NCBI RefSeq assembly: GCF_009914755.1
Contig: NC_060927.1
Strand: one strand, 5' to 3'
Source: the human T2T-CHM13v2.0 reference genome, Homo sapiens
DNA length: 64,000 nt
Position numbers and translations under genes: made by a program. The notes below the pieces were generated by a model. That model did not search any database, was not told the origin of the DNA, and was given only the letters and a program-made list of their open reading frames with translations. How positions within the stretch are numbered: the stretch's first letter is position 1; each line of letters begins with the position of its first letter. Below are positions 1 through 26,752 of the stretch, one piece after another.

Positions 1-585
1 TTTCTACAACGGGTGTGTAATACTTTCAAATTGAGGGAAATGGGACTTTAAAAACTATTAATTTCTTCTTTTTAAAGCAAGGGATAATTAATGAGAAGAT
101 AGCAAGGAGCATGCACAAGCCAGCAATGTCACAAATGTCATAGTGCATGTGATTGTTTATTCTAAAAACTCCCTGAGTTGGGAGCTAAAAATAGAAAGAG
201 CTAGGGGCAGAATTGGGGGTGGCGAAGTGTCCCACCATGAGGGCGGTGAGCAGGGCAAACTTCAGTTAGGTACAGGAGTGGGATGGCTTGGAGGGAGAGC
301 AGGTTGGCTCAGGGCTGTCCCTGAGCAGTGGGGGCTGCAGAGGAAGAGGTGCTCCCCCAAGGACCTAGCTTGGAAAGCCTTTGGGGACAGCATTACTTAA
401 GTAGTGGTTGAGTTGTTGTAAAGGTTCGGGGTAGGAACTGGGTTCAGTTTGATCCCATAATAAATAGGTGTGTCCTCCCATATCCCATTAGCATAGAAAG
501 CTGGCTTTTCACTCCCAGAACTGGAACGTGATTTCTGGTCATTTATAACCTCTGACATCCACACAATTCCTCCCCAAGGAACTCA

Positions 586-1012
<427 letters not shown>

Positions 1013-1480
1013 TTAGCCTGACACTCTCTCGGGTGCAAGCAACAGTGCTCCTTTTAGATATGAGGAAACTAGGACCCAAGGGAATTAGGCGATTTGTCCA
1101 GGGTATCTGAGTGGCTGAGAAAGTTATGGTGGGGCTCCCCAGAATCCCTCTCTTTTTCTGTGTATCTTGTTCCATTACCCCATGATGTTCTCTGATAAGA
1201 AACTTCCTTTGCTAGGATATGTCAATGCAACCTTATGTCCTGTCATAATAGTACTTAACCATTGCATCTTGATGGAATTACACGCACCATTATGTCTTGA
1301 GTGAATAATTCTTACTATTTATTGAGAGCTAGGTGCTCTTTTTTAATAAGCTGTCATTTAATTCTTATAATAAGAAGGTATTACCAGATTCTCTTTTCAG
1401 ACAAAGAAGCCTAGACTCAAAGCAGTTAAATAAACCACCCAACATCACCCTTTTGGTGGTACCAAAGCCTCAGGATCTGA

Positions 1481-1829
<349 letters not shown>

Positions 1830-3129
1830 CCCAAAGGTAAATTCTTGGCTCTCCATAAAGATACACTGGTGGAGCTGGCCTTGCCAGGAGCTGGTTCTTC
1901 GCTAAAGTGTACTCAGCATTCCTTAAAGGTTCTGTCTTTAATATCTTCTTAATTTATTGGGAAAGTATCTTTTCTTCAATTAAAATGGCAAATTTTATGC
2001 ATCAAGATATTATATTAGAGCTAAAATTCCTAAATTGTATTAATCCGAGACTCTCCCATAGAGTTACTAGGAAAAAAATTTTTACTCTGGGTTTGTTTTT
2101 ATTTCACGTGACTTTGCAAAGTATTACCATATTATAATACCATATTATAATAACAGATAATGGTAATACTTTGCTAACTCACATCAAACAAAAACAAACC
2201 CAGGGTAAAACTTTTATGAGAACTATAAAGCAAAAATCTTTTTGTTTGTTTGTTTTATTTTCCATTAATACGGCAATTTTCACAAGTCTTGCATTATGAA
2301 ATATCAACTCTGGCATTTGAATTAATAAATAAAAAGCAAGGTGCCCTCCAACTTCTTACTAGTCTTCGGGACAAAGATCACTCGGAGTTCATCCTGAAAA
2401 GCATCTAAATTTAGAGATTTGCTGCCGGAGCAAAACTTTCATGTACCAGCAATAGAACCAGTCAGGCTTTCCAAAATATGTCAGGCATGTGCTTGCGATG
2501 CTGTCACAAGCGGGGTCAAGAGGCTCTGTCCCTGTGTGCTGGTGACCTGGGAGCCCTCCTTGTTTTCTAGGCCAGTCTCAGAGCACTCTGGGGTTGGAAG
2601 CAAAAGAGATTGTGCAATAGTGAATACAGGCGCTTATTTTGATCACGAATCAGGCCAACAAAAATTAAATATTTAAAAAAAATTTGAATACTATATATAT
2701 GCACATAGTTTTTGGGTTTTTGTGGTTGTTTTTTTTAGTGTGAAAAGCTTACTGAAAGAAATATAGGTTTCCTCAATCCATGACTCCTCATTCCTTGGTT
2801 GGCAACCCAGAGGCAATCAAATTTAAGCTCAGTTATTTGGCCTTTGAGTGTAGATATTTTAAGAACAGAGGCGATTGCTTCTCTCCACCTGGTTGACAAT
2901 CTCTGTTTAGAGGGTAGGATCCTGGATGGGTGTTCAGAGAAGCTGGCTTTGGTTTCTAGGTTTTAAAATCATTTCATTTCTCCAGGGTTGTTTTTCAAAT
3001 GTATATAATAGAGGTTATATATTCTTTTACTTTTCATTTCTGTCTTTCTTTGCCTCTCTTGTTCTTAAAGCAAAGGACAAATCATAGAGGACATAGAATT
3101 GGTGGAGGAGAAGATAACAACAACAATTT

Positions 3130-3665
<536 letters not shown>

Positions 3666-4028
3666 TTAAAGCTAAACTAGGAACACTGAGATTTTAAGTC
3701 TTTAGAGGGAGACAGAGGATATGAGTGTCAAATTGCTGAGTTTATGTAAGAGAGTGAAAAATGGCACCACATAGACTAGGGTAGTCCCTGGACTATCAGT
3801 GTGTGGAAACTGCTCTCAGATATGCACTGGAGGTTTTGGGTGGTTGCATTGTTCTGAATGGGTGCTTCAGAGGGAGCCTCTGATGAGCATAGCCCCAGGT
3901 GAGATTACTAAATTGATCATTCTTGGGCCAGAGATTGTTGTTTCAGCCTTAACAGATGATTTCTTAAGAAACTGGATGGGGTCTTTCAAGAACAGAAGAG
4001 GAGGTCAGCTGCAGATACCCTTGGATAG

Positions 4029-4579
<551 letters not shown>

Positions 4580-5267
4580 AGGAATTCTATATGGAGATGA
4601 AATCAGATGTCCGTGGGGCAGAATAAAGAGTGTAGCTAGGCCTGGCATCACAATGGAGGAAGCATGCAGGTATGCCTTACCCCTCTGAAGTCAGAACTCG
4701 GGGCTCATGGTGATGACCACCACCTTATCTGCATCTAGATAGGTTTGGTCACACACAAAATCATGAGGCCACTGAGGCACCAATCGCCTGGCACCTCATC
4801 AACCTGTGAAGGACAGTTTTAGGGACAAACCAAGGATTGCCACTTCCCTCCCCTCCCCATGAGATGGAAAGGCCCACTTCCTTCAGTTGTGAGGAAGGAC
4901 ACCCTGTGGCAGATGGCACCCTTGAGGGAAAAAACTCAGTGAAGGAGTCAGGGGAGCTCACCTTCCAGGTGGCAGATTTCCTTGTTACCCAGATCTCAAC
5001 ACAGAAAAATTTCCAGCTATGTCTTTCCTTCTTGAAATTTAATGTTGGTATCTCTGATCACAAGCTTTGCCTGGCCTAGTGGGGCCATAAGTGGCTGGGC
5101 TGGAGTGGGAGTGAGGTCCCAGAAGGACAATTCAAATTTTTCCTGGAATCTACACAGCTAGGAAGGGTCAAACCTCTTCATCCAATAGGGCTTCAGAAAT
5201 GCATCACCTGACCTCACCAGAGAAGAAAGGAGGGAGGGGTGGCCCTCAAGACTGAAGAGGCTCTGGT

Positions 5268-5373
5268 GCCTGCTACACAATACTCCCCTCTCCAGAGTGT
5301 TGAGCAACTAGGGTATTGTGTTTGCTTTCCCCTTCACTCAACACTCTGGAGAGGGGAGTATTGTGTAGCAGGC
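5268..5373. repeat. Perfect 37-bp inverted repeat with 32-nt spacer
   Basis: 5268-5304 GCCTGCTACACAATACTCCCCTCTCCAGAGTGTTGAG is the exact reverse complement of 5337-5373. Confidence 0.95.
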
Positions 5374-6706
5374 TTGCTGATATGTTAAATATGTTTGAAG
5401 GAAAATGGGGTAGGGGTGGGGTGGGCAGGGATAATTTTATTTATGATGTTCTTTGGAGCTCTTGTTTGCAAGGTGATGAGTGTGAAAATATGTATTACAG
5501 AAATGGAGATGGGAGGAGGGAGTGTGTTTGGGAAGAAGGTGGCAGAGAACACGGAAAGGGATGAAACCCAAGCGTGAGGTTGGAGAGAGGCCCAGAGAGA
5601 GAGTATCAGTGGGAAAAGAGGAGCGCTGAGGTAAGGGAGCAGAGGTGGGGATTGCTACAGAGTTTTGTAGCATGAGATGCCATGTAATTCTCTCTTCATG
5701 AAGCCTTCAGTAAAATCTCCATTCACCAATGCTTTTCAACTGGGATTTGTTATGAGAGAGGAGCTCAAAGTGCTGACCTTGTAGCACATCAAAGGACCCT
5801 GGGTGAAAATAGTGCGGGTGCCACTTTCTAAAGGACTGGAAGGTGTGCACTGCTTCGTAGCAGGTTGGGGAGAGAGGAGTGAATCAAGAAGACCCCACCA
5901 AAGAGATGGCACCCGAGATGGGCCTTAAAGGATGACCAATGTTTCTGCTACAATTGGGGATAGGGGAGACCTTGGCTGGAGGCCAAGAGGGGAGGCAGGG
6001 AAGTCTGAAAGTATTGGGGATGCCTAAGAAGTGGTTCAGACCACTGCATGGGGAAGAGGCTGCGGTGGGAGAAATGAGTGGCTGGTGGAACTATGGATGC
6101 TTGGCCACCTCCAGATCTTAAGGGCTGTCATGGATGCTATGGAAAGCAAAACAAGGACTACTCTGAGGGGTTTGCAAGAAGACACAATATGGCATGATAT
6201 ACTCTATTCCTGAAAGGAGAGGGAATAGGTCTGAAGACCTTCTGGTTCCCCTGACTCCAACCGTCTACCTCCAGGCAGACTTGGGTTGTAAACATTGCAC
6301 AAAAAAAATCACCTTATGGCTTCATTTCACTTGATTTCAGCAGATTCCCTCTGGACTTGACAGCTCTGCTTCTGTTCCAGCCCCAGCTGAGGAAAAGGCT
6401 GCTACCCAACCACATTAACTGAACTCTGAGGTAGGCATAACCCCAGGGCCCTCCACCAATGCCAAGACCACCCATATTCTGGCTGCCTGAGGAGCCCCCA
6501 CCCGCTGGATAGGCCCCTGCCTATGTGCCAGGGCTTCCGGTCTCCAAGGCTGCTTGCTTGTAGGTCCTCTTCCTCCCTCTCTCAGAGTTGTTTGATGACC
6601 CTGCACTGTCTGAGGACCTCATCGGGTAGGTGAGCCCCAAGTTGATCCCAAAGGGCCTACTGGCACTTTCTCGCTCTCTCAGTTCCCTTTAAGAAGTAGA
6701 GATCAG

Positions 6707-8010
<1,304 letters not shown>

Positions 8011-8403
8011 TAGGTGCTTCGTGGCCTCTCTCTCACGCCAAGACCCTCGCCCAGCTTAACGCCATGTACCTCTGCACATCCCCAGACATTCCTGCTCCCT
8101 GAGTCCCTTTAAAGTAAAAGTCACAAAGGCACACCTCAACCTGGCTTGAGCCAAAGCACATTCTTATTCTGTCGCTTACATCACCAGATTTTCCCACAAA
8201 GAATCCTGAGGTGTTAAGTCAAGATCTTCCTACGACCCTCAAATTCCTATGCAGGAGGACTATAAACTTCTGGCCTATAACACAATGAAGAAATATATGC
8301 ATAAAAGTAAACAGGTGGAGAACAAGATAAAGTGTGACAACATCAGCAACATCCAAGTCAGCTGTGACTATTCAAAACTGGAAGGATCAAGTTCCAAAGT
8401 CCA

Positions 8404-9026
<623 letters not shown>

Positions 9027-9571
9027 AGTTCCAAAGTCCAGAAATTGTCTTAAATCACAAGGAATAACAAAACTGAAGAAGGCTAATCCGTGAGCCTGGG
9101 GTGCTCATAAGGAGCTGCTAAGAGAAGACCACGTGAACCTATTCAGCAGCTACCTCCTGAGGAGCGGGAATTATTAAGCATACATCAACAAATATAAAAA
9201 ATCAGTGTAAGAACAGCATTGTACTTCTCGACAGCAATACCAGAATCTAGGTGTTAATAAAGCAGTATCTTCGAAATCCCGAATAAATATAATTTATAAT
9301 CTAGATTGTATGATTAGGCAACATCATCATTCAAAGGTAAAATAGAGTGATGATATTTTTAGACATGAAAAGTTCAAAAATATTTACTTCTCATGGACCT
9401 TTTCTTAGGAAGCTATTTAAGAGGAATGTGCTCTACCAAAATATGAGGCAATGCTCGAAATCACAGAAGAAAATGCTAGGATGCTGGAGAAGGGAAGACC
9501 CAAGACAGAGAAGCAAGCTTCCCAAACAGTCATTGGAACTGCGGACCAATGACTCTAAGAAAAAAGTACAG

Positions 9572-9573
<2 letters not shown>

Positions 9574-9619
<46 letters not shown>

Positions 9620-9623
9620 ACAC
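9574..9623. repeat. (CA)n microsatellite
   Basis: ~25 AC units with one interruption, ~1.5 kb upstream of the promoter. Confidence 0.95.
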
Positions 9624-10074
9624 GATGGATTATCTGATGGGTTTGATTATATGGAGTTGTATTGAAAGCATTTTATCGTTTTAGAAAAACTAAGAGGACA
9701 TTGTGATAGATCCATAATAAAATAAGCAAAGAAAGAGGATAATTATTAAAACTCCAAGGAAAACCAAAAGCCATACAAGATGGGAAATTGTATACGATTT
9801 GTCTCAACAATGAATAATAAATACATGGTCTCATTAGCGTAAACATTAATGATTTAACCAGATTATGAGAAGGATAGCTTCCTTAATAGGAAATAGTCAT
9901 ACATTATTTGGAAATATATAAATACCAGAAGAAATAGCTCAAATAATTGAATAAGAGATGGAAAAGAGGCCTAAAAAGTATGTTTAAAAGGCCTGTATAT
10001 AGGCCTTCCATATTATTTCCGCCTCTGGTCATCAGAACACAACGCCTAATTTAATAGAGGCATGACGGTATTCA

Positions 10075-10491
<417 letters not shown>

Positions 10492-10899
10492 TTAGGAACT
10501 CCATCTACCTTGGAAAACAGGGATTTGTGACAGCTTTGGTCGACGTGCATGTGCGTTTAAAATAAAAAGGTAACCTAGGATTTGATACCAGGGACAGTAA
10601 CAGCTTTATCAAAAAAAAAGAGGTGGTTTTCCTTGCTCCTTCTAAGGACTGGGGTTTTAGTCTCGTCCACCCTGCAGGCCCTCAGGCCTGATTTCCGATT
10701 GTCTATCAAAGGGTCAAATAAAAAGCTCTCTAAGCTTCGACCCAAGCTTTAAAGTCGAAGGGCTGATCGCGGGCTTTTTCCTTGGGACGTGGCAGGGGCC
10801 TTTGAGGGAAGGAAAGAAACGACTCTGGCTTCTCACTCGGCTCCTTACACAAGAGGCATTTTTTTAACTGTCTCTGCTTAAAACAAGGTGTTTTTGAGT

Positions 10900-12500
10900 C
10901 AGCAGCCCTTTGGGTGGGTCTCGTCCTCTTGGGCACCCGACACCCACCCCACGGCGGGAGCCCCAGGTGGCCCCGGAGGCCACCGGGAAGCGTGAACTAC
11001 ATCTCCCAGGGTTCCCCGGGGCGGAGGACGCCCACCCGGATTGGCCAGGGTTCGCTGACGCTCAGTGTTTTGGCCCGGACGGTCACATGTTTCCTTTGTT
11101 GTGAGCTGCGGCAGAGACTGGTGGCTGGAGGAGACGCCGGTGCTGGAGAGTGCGCTGCGCCGCCCGCCGCTGAGGGACCGCGGGGTTAGCCACTGCTGGC
11201 TGCTTCCAGTGTTCGCCGAGAGGTACCGGGGGTGACAGCTCCGGGACCGGCCGAAAGGCGAGGAACCGGTCAGAGTCTGAGTCCTCGGGGGCGGAGGGGC
11301 GACGGCGGTCCTGACCACCGGGGTGTCTGCGGGAGGGCAGCCAGCGGCGGCCGGCCTCTCAGAGCCAGACTGGCGGTCTGCGGAGAGGCTGCAGCTGGGC
11401 TACAGGGCCCCTTTCTGAGGCGAGGGGCCTCCAGGGTTCACCTGGGGGGTCTTCCTCCCCCGCTTGGTAGCTACAGCCCTGAGGGAGGGCGCGCGCGCCT
11501 CCTGGCACTACGGCCCGGAACCGCGGCGCGGCTGGTGCGGCCTGGCTAGGGCGGGGTGGTTGCCGGGACTGGGGGTAGCCGCAGGTGCGGTAGGCTAGTC
11601 GCCGCGGGGCCGGGCGCCGCCGGGGGAGGCGGCTGGGCAGACGGGTGCTGCTTGTTGCCGATGGGCTGCGAACGGGGCGCTGCTTTTTATTTCAGGAAGC
11701 CCGGGGGAGTGCGACCGCCTCAAATCCAGCCTTCTTGTTTGGTGGGACGACCGTCGGTTCTGTCCGGGAGGAATGACGGGGTCAAGGTGGGGTCCCCAGG
11801 GCCGCGGGCCCGTGAAGCCCCATTAAAGCGATTGCGAAATGCACTCGGCACTGTCACCTGACCGTTACCCCCGCCCCCGTCCCCTGCGAGCCTTTGTTTA
11901 CCACGATCGCGACACCCGGCCCGCTGCGGCCGTCCCCGGGGAGCCGGGGCGGGCGGGGGAGCGGGCGTTCCGCCGGCGCAGTCCCCGCCTAACCTCCCCA
12001 CCTTCTTACCACTCCAGGACTCAGTTTCTTAATTTAGTTCCTAATGGACCCGCCCTCAAGTTCTGGACACCCCGGGTGAAGACTGTTAACGCGGCGGGGA
12101 TTGGGCGCCTGCGGCAGCTTGTGGGCGGTACCCGAGGGAGAGTTCGAGTTTTTATTGGCGAGTTTTTATTGTCACTAGGTGGGCCTGCCCTGGGCCATTC
12201 TTCCCGCCCCCTTGAAGGTGATCTGGAGGACGCGCGGGAGCGCGCGCTGTCGCTGCTTTTGCAGCTGCGGCCCGAGTGGAGCCGGGTGGCGCGGGTGCGG
12301 GAGGCGCGCGCTCCCGCCCCTGCTGCGGGCGGCTGGTAGCCTCGGTGGCCGCCGCCGCCGCTGCTGCTGCCTGATCCTGCAGGCAGTTCTGGGCACGCAG
12401 AGATCGGCTACCGTGGCCTGCCCTCCGAGGACCGGAAAATTAACACCCTTTAACTAGTGTCGCGTTATCTGCCGGGTGGTTCGCAGGAAGTCCTGCGAAC
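10900..12500. promoter_or_regulatory. KLHL24: CpG island / KLHL24 promoter
   Basis: Very high GC and CpG density against AT-rich flanks; GC box GGGGCGGAG ~11017, inverted CCAAT (ATTGG) 11040, TGACG 11056, E-box GTCACATG 11082-11089; no TATA box seen. Confidence 0.9.
11098..11268 (+). other. KLHL24: KLHL24 exon 1 (5' UTR, start approximate)
   Basis: Lies in the CpG island downstream of the CCAAT/GC boxes; donor CCG|gtcaga at 11268/11269; consistent with recalled mRNA leader. Confidence 0.7.
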
Positions 12501-13120
12501 ACGTTGTTGCCAGTTCTGTAAACGTGTTTAGATAGCTAAATATAGATCACAGTGCCACATCTTAGGGGGCCCCACGGTCACCCCTGAGGCAGTGGCTGTT
12601 CACAATTGATTTTAGTGGATTTTAATGATTAATCACTTGCTCTTGTGGGCAGCTTTTCAAAAATCACGTCTTTGTATTTGCAGCTACAGACTGGGTCCAC
12701 CAGCTAAGAGGTTGGTTTTTATTAGGGTTGTAAAATAGATTTAAAATCTGCTTGTTGTTGGCTGAGATTTAAAAGCAGATTTCTACTATTTAAAAAAGAT
12801 AGTTTGAAGATACTCCCCTAAAAAGTAAAGATTCTTCCATACTCGGCTCGGATGAGTTGTTTTCCTTGTTTGAGGGATTCTAGGTCACACACTTCTATGT
12901 TTTAATTCCCGTGGTAATTCAAAATGTTTGAGAAGTGGGTTGCGACTGTGTCGTTTTAAAATTGTACATTAAGCTGACGGTAATAAAATCTTCAAGACCA
13001 ATCATTTTTAGCCATAGTGTGTTGAAAATGGTTTTTCTAATCGCTTGAGTTAATAGGGTATTTGCGTTTTGTCAGATTTTCTTCTGCAGATATAGGAATT
13101 CACTCAAGACTTAATACACT

Positions 13121-18723
<5,603 letters not shown>

Positions 18724-18954
18724 CTGTCAAGTAAGGAAGTTGATAAATAAGAAAAACTAGTTATGTAAAATAGCATTAAGTTATTAATTTACTTTAAGGA
18801 GATGTTATTCACTAATTATTTTTAAACAAAAACGAACTTCAGTTGGAAACTAGAAATTACTAAAAACTTTGTTCAACATATTAGTAAATAATGCCAGCTG
18901 TACATGAACTGACAACTATCTGATTTATATGTTGCTATTCTTTCTTTATTTTAG

Positions 18955-19017
18955 GTGTGGAAATTAAAAGAACACACATATTTTGACTGGGGCTTTGATC
19001 AACCAAATGCTAAAAAG
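18955..19017 (+). other. KLHL24: KLHL24 exon 2 (63-nt 5' UTR exon; contains upstream ATG 19007)
   Basis: Acceptor ttctttctttattttag|GTGTGG and donor AAG|gtatat. Confidence 0.8.
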
Positions 19018-19483
19018 GTATATTTGTAATATTTATAAACTATCTAAATGTTGTTATTAGAGAATTTAAACCATATTCCTTTCTTTAACCAGGGATCACT
19101 TAAGCCAATCAGATAACAAGGCACAACTCTATCCTTAAGATCACAAAAGATGGCAGTGTGACAATCATTTCTGTTACTAAATATTTACCCACTCTTCTGT
19201 GCTTTCCTGAGAGCCTCATTCATGTCTGATCAACTTATATACATTAACTCATGTAGATATAACTTTAAGTCATTATGTTTGTTTGGAAAGAAGCTTTTCC
19301 TACTTATTTTGTCTAGAGATGCCTACTTAGTTGTTTACTTTTTCCTGATGGGAATAATTCTGCTGTGATATTTGCAAAAATGTTATAATGGTTCAATCTG
19401 TAATCTTACGTTTTGTTTGCTTGATTATGCATCATGAGTTCATTTTGATCAATCTTGAACCTATATTAGTCACCGTACTTTGA

Positions 19484-25383
<5,900 letters not shown>

Positions 25384-25832
25384 ATTCTTAAAAAGAAAGA
25401 TAACTGTTAGAATTCTAACTGTAGTCAAATTGTGTCTTACACCATTCTGACTTAACTCTACAGTCAATAGTATGAAACTCAGCTCTGTAAATGGGGAGGA
25501 AACGGAAGGTTATTAGTAACTCACGAAGTACATAGTATCCTTTCAGCTAGAAAAGGGGAGCTTAAGGAGTACTATTGCAAATTACCCCAATGTTCTAATT
25601 GTTCAAATGCAAATTTTTGTTGATTAGTTTTTATTAACATGAGATAGTGCTGTGTACCCTATATGAAATATATTATGTGATTTTGTTGTAGTGTTTATAT
25701 TAAAATGAAATTATGTGATTTGAATACTGAATTTTTTGCATATTGAAATGTTTTCCTTTTTTTACTTTTAGCCACATAAAGAAGATCCCTAATAGTCATT
25801 TCTCAACAATTATATAGTCAACTGATGTAACA

Positions 25833-26752
25833 ATGGTACTAATATTGGGACGCAGACTAAACAGAGAGGATCTTGGGGTGCGTGATTCCCCAGCAACTAA
25901 GCGAAAAGTTTTTGAAATGGACCCCAAATCTCTGACAGGTCATGAGTTTTTTGACTTCTCTTCAGGATCATCCCATGCCGAAAACATACTCCAGATATTT
26001 AATGAATTTCGTGATAGCCGCTTATTCACAGATGTTATCATTTGTGTGGAAGGAAAAGAATTTCCTTGCCATAGAGCTGTGCTCTCAGCCTGTAGCAGCT
26101 ACTTCAGAGCTATGTTTTGTAATGACCACAGGGAAAGCCGAGAAATGTTGGTTGAGATCAATGGTATTTTAGCTGAAGCTATGGAATGTTTTTTGCAGTA
26201 TGTTTATACTGGAAAGGTGAAGATCACTACAGAGAATGTACAGTATCTCTTTGAGACATCAAGCCTCTTTCAGATTAGTGTTCTCCGTGATGCATGTGCC
26301 AAGTTCTTGGAGGAGCAACTTGATCCTTGTAATTGCTTAGGAATCCAGCGCTTTGCTGATACCCATTCACTCAAAACACTCTTCACAAAATGCAAAAATT
26401 TTGCGTTACAGACTTTTGAGGATGTATCCCAGCACGAAGAATTTCTTGAGCTTGACAAAGATGAACTTATTGATTATATTTGTAGTGATGAACTTGTTAT
26501 TGGTAAAGAGGAGATGGTTTTTGAAGCCGTCATGCGTTGGGTCTATCGTGCCGTTGATCTGAGAAGACCACTGTTACACGAGCTCCTGACACATGTGAGA
26601 CTCCCTCTGTTGCATCCCAACTACTTTGTTCAAACAGTTGAAGTGGACCAATTGATCCAGAATTCTCCTGAGTGTTATCAGTTGTTGCATGAAGCAAGAC
26701 GGTACCACATACTTGGGAATGAAATGATGTCCCCAAGGACTAGGCCACGCAG
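25833..26752 (+). CDS. KLHL24: KLHL24 exon 3 coding part (exon starts 25772): N-terminal extension, BTB and BACK domains, aa 1-307
   Basis: 307-aa ORF with BTB motif (FTDVIICVEGKEFPCHRAVLSACSSYFRAMF) and BACK (CNCLGIQRFAD...EEMVFEAVMRW); acceptor ttttag|CCAC at 25772; donor CAG|gtgaga; 920 nt, phase 2. Confidence 0.97.

Noticed and set aside
9988-10007. Near-palindrome AAGGCCTGTATATAGGCCTT
   Set aside because: Short and imperfect; compatible with chance in 64 kb
11087-11104. Possible uORF MFPLL* in exon 1
   Set aside because: The ATG lies at or just upstream of the presumed TSS, so inclusion in the mRNA cannot be shown
10899-12457. Overlapping Gly/Arg/Pro-rich ORFs (up to 166 aa) on both strands
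   Set aside because: Expected from stop-codon depletion in a CpG island; no recognisable domain
12684-12710. Possible 27-nt cassette exon (ttgcag|CTAC...GAG|gttggt), plus acceptor-like sites near 15743 and 19838
   Set aside because: Splice-like motifs alone are too common to call without transcript evidence
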